From Candidatus Latescibacterota bacterium (GTDB taxonomy: Bacteria; Latescibacterota; UBA2968; GCA-2709665): a stretch of DNA of 64,000 nt. The notes under the pieces are model-generated. The model did no database searches. It was not told where the DNA came from and saw nothing but the letters and a program-made list of their open reading frames with translations. The stretch covers positions 3,040,001 to 3,104,000 of the forward strand of contig OZ242358.1 of assembly GCA_965208835.1 (NCBI GenBank), in the 5' to 3' direction. Positions 37,299 through 46,998 of the stretch are shown here, one piece after another (the first letter of the stretch is position 1; every line of letters starts with the position of its first letter). The translations under genes and the position numbers were made by a program.

Positions 37299-38681
37299 AT
37301 GACCCGCCCCTTGTCACCCCCCAATCCCGAACCCTCCCCCTCCGACCCGGCGCCGGTACTTCCTCAGGTCTGGGCGATCGCGTGGCCGGTCGTGGCGGCA
37401 TCGATGCTGGACGCCATGGAGGGGCTCATCGACATCTCCATGGTGGGGCAGCTGGGCCCGGCAGCGATATCCGCGGTGGGACTCAGCAGGCAGGTCCTGT
37501 TCGTGATCATGGTGATGGCGATATCGGTCAGCACCGGATCGCGGACCCTCGTCGCGCAATTCTACGGGGCCGGCCGCCGGCATGACCTCAGCCATACTGC
37601 GCAACAGGCCATCCTGATGGGGGTCCTGCTGTCAGCCGGCCTGGCCCTTGTCGGGAGCGCAATCGCCCGGCCGGCCCTGGTCCTGCTCGGCGCGCAGGAA
37701 GACGTACTGGCGCACGCGGTGCCGTTCATGCGTGTCTACTTTGCCGGCATCGTCGTCATGATGCCCAATTACATCATCGGCGGCATTTTCGGCGGCGCGG
37801 GGGATACGCGGACGCCGTTGAAGATCTCGTGTCTCATCATCTGTCTGAAAATCCCGCTCACTTACGGATTGATCTTCGGCGCATGGGGCCTGCCTCAAAT
37901 GGGGGTGACCGGAGCGGCGCTCGGCAGCGTCGTCTCGAGGGCGGTGGGCTGCGCCATCGGCGTATACCTGCTCACTTCCGGCCGTTCCAGGGTGCATATG
38001 CGCTGGAACTGGCGGCTTCCGTTCAACCGGGACATTATCGGTCGAATGATGCGAATCGGCGTGCCGACGGGGATACAGGGTTTCTTCCGCAACGGCGCCC
38101 GCATTCTGATCTATCGGGTGGTGGGATGGACGAGCCGGCCCACCGCCGCAACGGCCGCATTGACCATTGGATTGCAGATGCGGATGATCGGTATCATGCC
38201 GGCCCTGGCGTTTTCCGTGGCGGCAACAGCGCTGGTCGGGCAAAGACTGGGGGCGAAGCAGATTCGCGATGCGGAACGCTTTGCGGCAAACACGATCCGG
38301 CTGGGTATGACGATCATCACCGTCTGTGCCATCGCGATCTGCGTCTTCGCGCGGGAGATTGTCGACCTGTTCACGGACGCCGCGGCGGTGCTCGAGATGG
38401 GATACGTGATGCTCCTGTACGTTACTGTCGCCCAGATCTTCTCCGCCCTGTCCATCGTCACCGGAGGCGTCCTGGCCGGCGGCGGCGAGACCAAGCCGTT
38501 TCTATACTATACGATCGTGGCGCAGTGGCTGGTCATGCTGCCGCTGTCCTACGTGATGGCGTTTACCCTTAATATGGATGTCACGGGGATATGGATCGCG
38601 TGGTTTATCGGTGGGCTCTTACAGGGAATACTGGCCTGGGCCCGTTATCGGAAGGGCACGTGGAAACAGACGGTGATCTGA
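37299..38681 (+). CDS. MATE family efflux transporter
   Basis: IAWP, D..MVGQLG..A.SAVG, LVAQFYGA, GAGDTRTPL, MGVTGAA, LVGQ.LGA; about 12 TM helices. Confidence 0.92.
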   Translation: MTRPLSPPNPEPSPSDPAPVLPQVWAIAWPVVAASMLDAMEGLIDISMVGQLGPAAISAVGLSRQVLFVIMVMAISVSTGSRTLVAQFYGAGRRHDLSHTAQQAILMGVLLSAGLALVGSAIARPALVLLGAQEDVLAHAVPFMRVYFAGIVVMMPNYIIGGIFGGAGDTRTPLKISCLIICLKIPLTYGLIFGAWGLPQMGVTGAALGSVVSRAVGCAIGVYLLTSGRSRVHMRWNWRLPFNRDIIGRMMRIGVPTGIQGFFRNGARILIYRVVGWTSRPTAATAALTIGLQMRMIGIMPALAFSVAATALVGQRLGAKQIRDAERFAANTIRLGMTIITVCAIAICVFAREIVDLFTDAAAVLEMGYVMLLYVTVAQIFSALSIVTGGVLAGGGETKPFLYYTIVAQWLVMLPLSYVMAFTLNMDVTGIWIAWFIGGLLQGILAWARYRKGTWKQTVI

Positions 38682-38824
38682 AGTTGATGCGAATGCAGAG
38701 CGGCAAAGGGAGATGATGAGGCCAGGCAAACGAGGGCGCGCGCATGGGACGCCCCTGCACGACCGGGATGGCATTTTGCAGTTGAAGAGGTGCGATCGGA
38801 TTCCCTGAATCCGCCGGTGATTCT

Positions 38825-39364
38825 CTATTCCTGAAGCTGTTTCACCTTACGCCCCATTTCTTCGATGCCAGGGGCGTTGCCAACCTGCAGATAGAACCGG
38901 TGGGCTTCTACGAAAGCGCGTAGCGCCTCATCGCGTTTTCCGGTACGTTCGAGCAACATTGCGAAGCCGCGGTACGCGTTCGCGAGCGCATGCGTTGGCG
39001 CGGGATCGAGGTCAAGGTACATCCGTATTGCCGACCGGTAATCGCGCTCGGCGCCCTCCCGGTCGCCGAGGTCCCGGCGGAGGTCCGCGACGTGGCGCAG
39101 CGAGTGGGCCATCTTCTCCGCGTGATTCCCCGCTATATAATGGTTGTATCCCGCCAGATAATAGTGGAGTGCCTGCTCCCGGTTGCCGTGGTCCCTCTCG
39201 AACTGGCCGTAAACGTGTGCCACCCTGCCCAGGGACTCGTGGTCGTCCTGCCGGCAGAGCTCAGCCGCCTCAGCCACGAGACGCCTGCCACGGTCGTAAT
39301 CCGACGCCCCCCTGGTCTTCCATGCCTCGTCCAGCAACTCTGTGATTCTCTGTTCTCTCGACAT
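38825..39364 (-). CDS. Tetratricopeptide-repeat protein
   Basis: Helical repeats such as AHSLRHVADLRRDLGDREGAERDYRSA and ANAYRGFAMLLERTGKRDEA. Confidence 0.75.
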   Translation of the reverse strand: MSREQRITELLDEAWKTRGASDYDRGRRLVAEAAELCRQDDHESLGRVAHVYGQFERDHGNREQALHYYLAGYNHYIAGNHAEKMAHSLRHVADLRRDLGDREGAERDYRSAIRMYLDLDPAPTHALANAYRGFAMLLERTGKRDEALRAFVEAHRFYLQVGNAPGIEEMGRKVKQLQE

Positions 39365-39545
39365 TGACGCCTCTCTTCCTGTCAACTTCCAGTGTCCTGT
39401 CCCAAAAATATCTAACCATTCAGCCGCCGATTCATCCCGTCCCGCGGCGTTGCATACCCTCGCCGACCCTACGCAGGTCGGAGGCGCCTTGCGAGCCGGG
39501 CAACTCGACGGCTGAATTCAGGCAACCTATTTCTGAGACAGAACA

Positions 39546-40319
39546 CTACCGCTTCTTCGGCGTATAGAACAGCAAGGTTCCGATCCGTACGTAACAGATT
39601 GAGGCATACAACAACGCGCCGGTGTGGGTCGCGGTCAGGACCGCCAATTCTGAACCGTGGGACCGGTCGTCGCGAAGCATCCTGCACATCAATGCCCTTC
39701 CAATTCCCCGACGCCGGGCAGCCTGCGTCACGAACATGTTCGAACACCACGTTGCCGAGTCCACGACGATGGCTTGAACCCAGCCGACAGGCTGTTCGTT
39801 CTCGAGCGCCACATATTGCCTCAGCGGTGCGTCGGGAACAAGATGTTCCGGAAGAATCTGTCTGATCCGGGTGGTCCGGTTCAATCTGTCCGCCATTTCC
39901 GCTGTGAGGACACGTTCGATGGGCAGCGGGTCCGTCAGACGCGGGATGCGTCGCAGCCGATGCACCATGACGGGTTCCGTCGAATTCAGTCGATAGTTGA
40001 GCGCCTTGAAATCAGCGCGTATGACGGCGTCCGATTCCCCTTCCGCACAGATCGCGCAGATTCCATACTGTCCCCGGGTATTCTCCAGGGCCACCCGATG
40101 GATTTCTTCCGCGTCAACGCCATGGGCGATCCACTCCTCCCGGCGGTACGTGCCTCGTTTTCTCTGCGCATCCCTCACCACCCAGATCGCGCCCTCCCGG
40201 CTTGCAGGATAAGGGTGTGTAAAGCTCCTCGTGAAGGAATAGCCGCGCGCGAAAACCTCCAGCGCACGCTGCAGGAGCGTGTTTTCCGGCATGAATTCAG
40301 TCCTCTCGAAACTCGCCAC
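39546..40319 (-). CDS. GNAT family N-acetyltransferase
   Basis: MFV....RRRGIGRALM acetyl-CoA motif, L.AT..G..LY. Start may be 40292. Confidence 0.85.
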   Translation of the reverse strand: MASFERTEFMPENTLLQRALEVFARGYSFTRSFTHPYPASREGAIWVVRDAQRKRGTYRREEWIAHGVDAEEIHRVALENTRGQYGICAICAEGESDAVIRADFKALNYRLNSTEPVMVHRLRRIPRLTDPLPIERVLTAEMADRLNRTTRIRQILPEHLVPDAPLRQYVALENEQPVGWVQAIVVDSATWCSNMFVTQAARRRGIGRALMCRMLRDDRSHGSELAVLTATHTGALLYASICYVRIGTLLFYTPKKR

Positions 40320-40600
40320 AAGTCAGCAGGCGTCGATCTCTGTGAACGCGAAAAAAATGGCTGGACAGACCACTGCGCGGCTCATAGCTTTCATCAGCAA
40401 TGAAGTAACCTTAAGAAGCTGTCTTAAAACTCCCAGCGGTCTTCGCACGGATGCAACAGCGCCGGTCGGCGTTGGTCAAATCCACCCGTATAGACAAATA
40501 TGGGCCGATTTTCCCGCCTTGACCGCCGCTTTTTCGCTCGCGCTCGGGAACTCACCGGTAATTTTAAGACAGCTTCCACCGTTCACAGGAGAAAAATACC

Positions 40601-40954
40601 ATGATCAAAGGCGTACACACCATGTTTTATTCGTCGGACGCGTCGGGTCTCCGTGCGTTCATCAGGGACAAACTCGGGTTTTCGGCCACGGACGTGGGCG
40701 ACGGCTGGTTGATCTTCGACGTCCCTGAGGCGGATATGGGCTGTCATCCAACGGAAGAAGACGCAGGTCCGAAATCGGGCGATGCGGATATCTCCTTTTA
40801 CTGTGACGAGATTGAATCCACGGTCGCTGACTTGAAGCAAAAAGGCGTGGTTTTTACGCGTGAAATCGAAGACCACGGCTACGGGCTGGTGACGTACTTC
40901 GAAGCGCCCGGCGGGTTTGATATACAGCTCTACCAGCCTCACTATGCCAGATAG
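40601..40954 (+). CDS. VOC (glyoxalase/bleomycin resistance/extradiol dioxygenase) family protein
   Basis: AGGAG RBS; F.RDKLGF, ISFYCDEI...VADLK.KGV, D.GYG....F..PGG..I.LYQP. Confidence 0.85.
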   Translation: MIKGVHTMFYSSDASGLRAFIRDKLGFSATDVGDGWLIFDVPEADMGCHPTEEDAGPKSGDADISFYCDEIESTVADLKQKGVVFTREIEDHGYGLVTYFEAPGGFDIQLYQPHYAR

Positions 40955-41477
40955 ACCGTCCGCGTCCTCGCGGGAACGCCGTCCGCACCCGACCCGGCAA
41001 GACGCGCCTCAATTCCGTGCCGGCGATCGCCTGGGTGTCGTCTCCGACTCCCATGGACTCCTGAGGCCGCGGGTCGCAGAGCTCCTTCAGGGCGTCCGGG
41101 CGATCGTCCACGCCGGGGATGTGGGCAAGATTTCGGTTCTGGAGGAATTGGAACGCATCGCGCCGGTATACGCCGTCCGCGGTAATGTGGACCTGGTTCC
41201 GCCCTGCAGCGATCTGCCCGAGAGTCTCGTGCTGACCGCCTGCGGGCAAAGGATTCTCGTGACGCACATTCTCGAAGAAGCCGATCCCGCGGGTTTCGAT
41301 CTCGTGGTCTGCGGTCACTCTCACATACCGAAAATAAGCACGGTTGGATCGGCATGCTGCCTGAATCCGGGCAGCATCGGGCAACGCCGGTTCCGGCTTC
41401 CGGTATCGATGGGGTACATAACGGTTTCTTGCGACGGCGCCCTCGTGCCGGAACTGCGGGCGGTTGAGATTGAGTAG
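40944..41477 (+). CDS. YfcE-like metallophosphoesterase
   Basis: DSH, HAGD, VRGNVD, TH, GHSH, NPGS motifs. Confidence 0.88.
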   Translation: MPDRPSASSRERRPHPTRQDAPQFRAGDRLGVVSDSHGLLRPRVAELLQGVRAIVHAGDVGKISVLEELERIAPVYAVRGNVDLVPPCSDLPESLVLTACGQRILVTHILEEADPAGFDLVVCGHSHIPKISTVGSACCLNPGSIGQRRFRLPVSMGYITVSCDGALVPELRAVEIE

Positions 41478-41515
41478 TTTGGGCCGAGTGAACTTTCGAT
41501 TCGACGCACGGTCAG

Positions 41516-41812
41516 GGACTCCGCCCCCCCACCGCATCAGCCGTCGCCGACCCCTTCGACAAGCTCAGGGGACGGACTCGGCTTCTGCGACTCCCCCTCA
41601 AGGGGGGAGTGATAGGGTTTTGCTGCCCGAAAGGTCTAAAGAATGACAAACGCTCAGGATTGATTCCACGCCGCAGTAGATCCTTCGTCGGCCTGCGGGG
41701 CACCCTTCGACATGCTGAGGGCAAGTCCTCTGGATGACAGTCCCCGCCATCGTGTGACGGACACGTAACGACAATGGTCACTACAAAACATGCCATTCTG
41801 AGCGGAGTCGAA
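41516..41812. repeat. Cluster of REP/MITE-like palindromic elements
   Basis: ccccttcgacaagctcagggg (41551-41571), actccccctcaaggggggagt (41590-41610), cccttcgacatgctgaggg (41703-41721), and the reverse-strand ttcgactccgctcagaatgg (41793-41812). The first, third and fourth share the core TTCGAC-N4-CT(C/G)AG. Confidence 0.7.
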
Positions 41813-41868
41813 TCAGCCATTGAATGACGGACGTATTTCGTACAAACTGCATAGCGAGGATACCTCAA

Positions 41869-43539
41869 ATGACAAACGAAAACAATAAGACGGACAGTAC
41901 CCATGCCGACTGGGTGATTTCACGGATGGTCAAGCCTCCCGAGTTGGAGAATACCGGCTATATTGCAGAGAGCAAGGGCAAGGGCCCGGAGGTCTGGGCG
42001 ATGTTCTGCGCGACGATACGGGGCGACCTGGAAACGATTCAGAGGCTCGCCGAGCGAAATCCTGACCTTGTCCGTTGCGTACACTACTACACGCAACCCA
42101 TCAAGTTCGCGGTCCGCGAGGGTCACGCCGAAGTCGTCCGTTACCTCCTGAATAATGGAGCCAGTCCTTTCTACCGGACACGGATATTCCACGATTCGCT
42201 GGTCAACCTGGCCGCCGACCGGGAGCACGAGGAGATCGTGAAGATCCTGGAAACGGCCATCAGCGAACGGAGCGGTGGGTACAGACGGGAAACGGAACCC
42301 GTTGCGAACGAGCTCATCGACGCGGTTCACGCGCGCGATTACGAAAAGACGACACACATTATCCGGAACGCTCCCGAGCGGGTCAAATTGAGCAACGCGA
42401 ACGGGACCACGGCCCTTCACGAGGCGGTTTCGATCGGCGACTTTTACCTGACCAGGCTGCTTCTGGACAACGGCGCCGATATCCAAGCGCAGGCCGGCGC
42501 GGGCTTCAGTACCGGACAGAAGCCAATCCATGTCGCACTCTACGCCGGATGGCGGGACAGGATTCTCATTCGCAAGAAAGCGGCGCTGGCGGGTTATCTG
42601 GTCGCCCGTGGCGCGGACTACAATATCCTCATAGCCTCCGCGTTCGGCGACATCCGGCGCGTCCGGGAGTACCTGGACGCGGAACCATCGCTGGCCAATT
42701 TCCGAGATACCTGCGACAGGCTGCCGGTTTCCATCGCGGCCGGTCGGGGCCATCACGATATCGTGGAACTTCTGCTTGAAAATGGCGCAGATCCGAATGC
42801 GCCGGAGCCCGACGCGCCTCGCGGAAAGGCCCTGCTCGAGGCCGTGTTCCATGGGCATACCGCCATCGCCGAGTTGCTTCTCGAACACGGCGCCGACCCC
42901 AATGGCAACGTGGACTCCACCGGCACGGCATTCCACCACGCCAGAAAGAATCCTGAACTCTACGAATTGATGAAATCGTTCGGCGGCCGGGTGGATATCA
43001 TCCCCCCGATCAGCGCCGCGGTCAACGCCAATGACCTGGAGCGCGTGGACGAAATACTCACGCAGAACCCCGAAGAGATCGCGAACGCGAAACTGGGCAA
43101 CCCCGCCCGGCGCGGCAGGCTGGAAATGGTGAAGCTGCTCCTGAAGCACGGCTCGGCCATTTCCGGTACGAACCACGGCTCGTTCTTCCGGGTCTACAAA
43201 ACGGCGAAATTCCTGCTCGATAACGGGGCAAATCCGAATTACAGGAACTGGCAGGGGATCTCTTCCCTCCACAACATCGCGCACGAGGGTGACGTCCGGA
43301 GAGCCGGTCTTCTGCTGGACTACGGTGCGGCGATCAATGCGATAGAACCCGAGTACTGTTCGACGCCGCTTGGGCTGGCGTGCCGGTCGGGTCATGCGCC
43401 GATGGTGGAGTTTCTCCTCACACGGGGAGCGGACGCCGGCTTGCCGCGCGAACACCCATGGGCGAGGCCGCTCGCATGGGCGAAAAAGAAAGAACACCCT
43501 GAGATCGTCAGGATTCTACACGACCACGGTACAACGTAG
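41869..43539 (+). CDS. Large ankyrin repeat protein
   Basis: GAGGA RBS before ATG 41869. Many repeats: AVREGHAEVVRYLLNNGA, GTTALHEAV, AAGRGHHDIVELLLENGADPN, TPLGLACRSGH. Confidence 0.92.
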   Translation: MTNENNKTDSTHADWVISRMVKPPELENTGYIAESKGKGPEVWAMFCATIRGDLETIQRLAERNPDLVRCVHYYTQPIKFAVREGHAEVVRYLLNNGASPFYRTRIFHDSLVNLAADREHEEIVKILETAISERSGGYRRETEPVANELIDAVHARDYEKTTHIIRNAPERVKLSNANGTTALHEAVSIGDFYLTRLLLDNGADIQAQAGAGFSTGQKPIHVALYAGWRDRILIRKKAALAGYLVARGADYNILIASAFGDIRRVREYLDAEPSLANFRDTCDRLPVSIAAGRGHHDIVELLLENGADPNAPEPDAPRGKALLEAVFHGHTAIAELLLEHGADPNGNVDSTGTAFHHARKNPELYELMKSFGGRVDIIPPISAAVNANDLERVDEILTQNPEEIANAKLGNPARRGRLEMVKLLLKHGSAISGTNHGSFFRVYKTAKFLLDNGANPNYRNWQGISSLHNIAHEGDVRRAGLLLDYGAAINAIEPEYCSTPLGLACRSGHAPMVEFLLTRGADAGLPREHPWARPLAWAKKKEHPEIVRILHDHGTT

Positions 43540-43610
43540 ACGCATCAGAATGTCCTGCTCTATCGTGCGTAAGGGTGTTTTCCTGGCCGGACGCGGAAGT
43601 CTGGGTGCCG

Positions 43611-44324
43611 TCAGGCGGACCGTCGCGATTCCCACCACCTGGCGATGGGGACTGGGGCGTAGACAAGGAAAAACATGGCCAGGCCGATGAGGTCCAGAAA
43701 GACGAGGTACCAGGGCCACGGAAGGAAGAAGAAGGGCGACACCGTGCCCCACGGAGGCGAGGAGAGGTACATGTAATTCGAACCGGAGAGCAGGTTGACA
43801 AGCGCGGCAATCGCCGCCAGGACGTGGAGCCAGACAAACGCTTTGAAGAGCCCGCTGAGCGTCGGCCGCATCTTCAGGCCCCACGTCGCGTACAGGACCC
43901 CCGCAACAATGCCGGAATGTGCGATGAAGTATTGGAAGAACCGGTACTGCGGATAGTCAACCGCCAGGTTGCCGGGTGTAATAACCGCGTTCGCCGACCC
44001 CGCGAGGCCCCAGAAGTAGGCAATTTCGTACGCCGCCTGATTGCGAAACATCAGGGCGATCGACGTCGCGAACATCGCGATGCCGCACAGGTGAAGAGGC
44101 AGAAAATATCGGAGGAAGACGTCGGGGCCGTATCCGGCGATCCGGAAGCCCCAGTGGGTCACCTCGTTGCCGAGGAGGAGGACCCCCAGAACAATGCCCA
44201 ATGTGGCGGCTGACCGGGACGATGCCCGTTTCGCGATCAGCGAGAGCAGCACCGGCAGAACCACTGTCAACGCCATCGCGACCAGATGCGGCGGCCCGAA
44301 CGTCTGAAATCCGGCGGTCGACAT
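43611..44324 (-). CDS. YwaF/TIGR02206-like integral membrane protein
   Basis: F..FG..H, LPLHLC, YFWG, A.ITP, FIAH, NYMYL..PP, PWPWY. Confidence 0.85.
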   Translation of the reverse strand: MSTAGFQTFGPPHLVAMALTVVLPVLLSLIAKRASSRSAATLGIVLGVLLLGNEVTHWGFRIAGYGPDVFLRYFLPLHLCGIAMFATSIALMFRNQAAYEIAYFWGLAGSANAVITPGNLAVDYPQYRFFQYFIAHSGIVAGVLYATWGLKMRPTLSGLFKAFVWLHVLAAIAALVNLLSGSNYMYLSSPPWGTVSPFFFLPWPWYLVFLDLIGLAMFFLVYAPVPIARWWESRRSA

Positions 44325-44428
44325 CGATCTATGTAACCGGCCAGAGGCGGCCCGGCCTCCTCATTATCATCGTTATACAACGCCCCAACGGCGCACGCTG
44401 ACGCGGCCGATCGGGTACGCGACGTCGG

Positions 44429-46390
44429 TCAAACCGCCCATCCCTCGCCCGAAACAAGGTCTCGTCCCACACGCCAGGTCTTTCCCGATTCGGAGACGGT
44501 CATCTCCACACGGTCGTCTCCGGCCTGAATGCCCGCGGGCAATTCCGCCGATACGGTCGGCGTACGGGTACCTCGATACGGTGCGACTACGGCGCCGAAA
44601 ACCGTGGGCGCATGGCTGTCGAGCGCGAACCGGAACGCCTTTCGCGGCGTGCGATAGCCGTATTCCCACGCGAACCAGCCCGTTTCTTCGACCATCGAAG
44701 CCGGCGACCCGGCTGCCGCCTGCACCAGTACGTTGGCGTCCTCGAACATCGTGAACGCCCTGTTTCCCCCGCTGTCGATTGAGACGTCGCCAGGCGCAAA
44801 CTGGAAGTGCAGGTCCAGTTGGCCGGGCGCGACGCCGATCGCCTCGTCGAGCAGAACGAAGAAGCGACGTTCAACAAACCAGACCGAACGACGGTGGATG
44901 AGGCCGGGATAGGACCCGTTCTCAACGACCAGCACGTCTGTGTCCGCCCCCTCGGAGACCCACATCAGATCGCGTGCGTCGTCGGCGATATCCCGCCCAT
45001 CGAGCGTCAGGGTCTGATGTACCGAGGTCTGCCGGTGCCACGCCCGGGCCTCCTTGTCTCTACCATAGGTATAGAAGCCCGTATCGTTCATCAGCCAACG
45101 ACCAAAGGCGTACAACTCGAACGTCCCGTTGTCCGGCTGGTCGTGGCTTGAAATCGCGGGCGGAGAACAGTGCAGCGCCAGATGAATCTGATCGGGACCC
45201 CAGTCGTTCCGCATGACGTAGAAGCCGGCCTCCCGGAACGCGCGGCTCTTCCGGCCCGGCAGGGCTTCGCGATCCAGATTCGCCCTTGCCGCGTATTTCG
45301 GATCTCCGAACAGTTTCGACGCGTCCATCAACTCACCGTAGAGCGGCCACGTTGACCGGTCATCCGTGGCGACGAGCGGACGGGATCCGTCTCCGAACAT
45401 CGGCGGCGTCAGATCGGGCGACGCGATCCAGAAGATGTAGTCGTACATCCGCCGCACGCGCTCCAGGAATTCCTGTGACGCCTTGATGTCGAAGACTTCG
45501 AGGCGCGACAGGATTTCCACGGCGTCGCGCAGGACACCCTGGTGATATCCGAACGACCACTCCCGCTGGACGCCGTCGGTCGTTGTCTGCGCCAGGATGT
45601 TTTCCTCCACGCGCGCCAGCCCCAGTTCCATCCAGTCGCGCGCTTCCCTGAACTCGCTGAACGTATAGGCGACGTTGATGAACCCGCGCTGTTCGAACAC
45701 CGCCTTGTTGTGGATGAGGCCCATGGGAATCAGCGTCGTTTTTGTCTGATGGTCGTACACACTCGCGAGCAGCACGCCCAGAAACTCCGGCGTGAACGCC
45801 TCGGACTGGATCAGCCCGCGAAAAGCCGCGCAGATGTTCGTGGCCCGGATGCCCGTCTGCAGGTCCAGCCATGCGAACCCCTTCCATGACTTGTATACGG
45901 GATGGGTTCTGGTGTGTCTTTCGAGCGGATGTTTTGATATCCAGTCGGACGCCAGATCGACGAATGCCTGCGCGTACTTTTCATCGCGCGATGCCGCGTA
46001 GGCGTTTACGAGCGGCGCGGCCCAGTAAAAGCGATAAACGACGCATACCCACTCGATATCCCCTGGCGGGTCCCACTCCCAGTCGAAATCGTCGCCATAT
46101 TGCGCCTCGTCGTACGGCCCCCATTGGATGATACGGCGGCAAATCTTGTCCGCCTCAGTATGATCACCCTCTTCATCCGCCTCACCCAGCGGAAATTTCG
46201 CCCTGTAATAGTCGCGCAGGGCCGTAAGGGCGCCCGTCCTGTCGCCGGCGTCGGCCGCCTGTTTCACGGCTTCCAGCCCAGCCGCAGTCAGATCCAGTTT
46301 TTCAAGAATGCGATCGGGATCGAACGACGTCAGCGGCATTTCGTGATCGATCTGGTCTGCACCCGCGGGGCGCTCCACAACGTAAGTCAT
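44429..46390 (-). CDS. Heparinase II/III family polysaccharide lyase
   Basis: R..W...L..AY..S.DEKYA, W..L.TGIR, DG...E.S.GYH, P.FGD, AGFYVMR.DW, H.QPD..TFEL, D.G.YTY, R.T..H.TL, H.R.V. Confidence 0.88.
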   Translation of the reverse strand: MTYVVERPAGADQIDHEMPLTSFDPDRILEKLDLTAAGLEAVKQAADAGDRTGALTALRDYYRAKFPLGEADEEGDHTEADKICRRIIQWGPYDEAQYGDDFDWEWDPPGDIEWVCVVYRFYWAAPLVNAYAASRDEKYAQAFVDLASDWISKHPLERHTRTHPVYKSWKGFAWLDLQTGIRATNICAAFRGLIQSEAFTPEFLGVLLASVYDHQTKTTLIPMGLIHNKAVFEQRGFINVAYTFSEFREARDWMELGLARVEENILAQTTTDGVQREWSFGYHQGVLRDAVEILSRLEVFDIKASQEFLERVRRMYDYIFWIASPDLTPPMFGDGSRPLVATDDRSTWPLYGELMDASKLFGDPKYAARANLDREALPGRKSRAFREAGFYVMRNDWGPDQIHLALHCSPPAISSHDQPDNGTFELYAFGRWLMNDTGFYTYGRDKEARAWHRQTSVHQTLTLDGRDIADDARDLMWVSEGADTDVLVVENGSYPGLIHRRSVWFVERRFFVLLDEAIGVAPGQLDLHFQFAPGDVSIDSGGNRAFTMFEDANVLVQAAAGSPASMVEETGWFAWEYGYRTPRKAFRFALDSHAPTVFGAVVAPYRGTRTPTVSAELPAGIQAGDDRVEMTVSESGKTWRVGRDLVSGEGWAV

Positions 46391-46497
46391 TTGGCTTCCC
46401 TTGATAACAGGTTGTCGTACCGGCGAATCCTGATACCTGCGTGTCGGATCCCTTCAAAACGCACCTAAATTACGCTCCATCCGTCGCGTTGGCAACA

Positions 46498-46770
46498 CTA
46501 TTGTTGCGGATTTTCGAGGAAGGAGATACATGGATGGACTGGATGAACAGGATTGGAAATCGGCTGATTTCCCAAGCGCGCGTCGGACGAGGCGCCAAGC
46601 GTTTTGCACAGGGCGGGGAATGTCCCTATATTGGGCATCAACTCCCCGTTCTCCCACTTGGAAACCGCCTGTACGCTGATGCATACGGCCTGAGCGAGCT
46701 GTTCCTGGGTAAGCCTCTTCTGCTTTCGCTGTTCCTGAATCCGTCGTCCAACCTCCCTGGGATCGAACAT
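46498..46770 (-). CDS. XRE-family HTH transcriptional regulator, likely truncated after the HTH
   Basis: G.RI...RKQKRLTQEQLA....IS.QAVSKWENG...P; GGAGG RBS. The tail NPVHPVHPC is encoded by a simple caggat/tggat-type repeat. Confidence 0.7.
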   Translation of the reverse strand: MFDPREVGRRIQEQRKQKRLTQEQLAQAVCISVQAVSKWENGELMPNIGTFPALCKTLGASSDARLGNQPISNPVHPVHPCISFLENPQQ

Positions 46771-46879
46771 TGTAACGCCTCCCTTTGTGAGTTGACGCAG
46801 AACTAGGTTCTCCATGTATTGAACAACGTCAATTTAGCACATTGTCACGGTTGTCGGTATCTGTGAATATGAGACCGTA

Positions 46880-46894
46880 TCAACGTCTGGTTGA
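46880..46894. promoter_or_regulatory. Palindromic operator candidate between the divergent XRE regulator and ATPase genes
   Basis: TCAAC-gtctg-GTTGA. Confidence 0.35.
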
Positions 46895-46998
46895 GACAAC
46901 TGAAAGGGAAACGCTTTAAGGCGTATCGTCACCTTGTGTGTAAAATTGAAAGTAGTACTTGCAAATATATCGCTTCTTCGGTACATTTTCCAATACTT

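Noticed and set aside
41920-43497. 525-aa minus-strand ORF, and similar long antisense ORFs (22702-23946, 24049-25074, 55086-56285, 58592-59713)
   Set aside because: Shadow ORFs opposite well-supported genes in GC-rich DNA, with no recognisable motifs.
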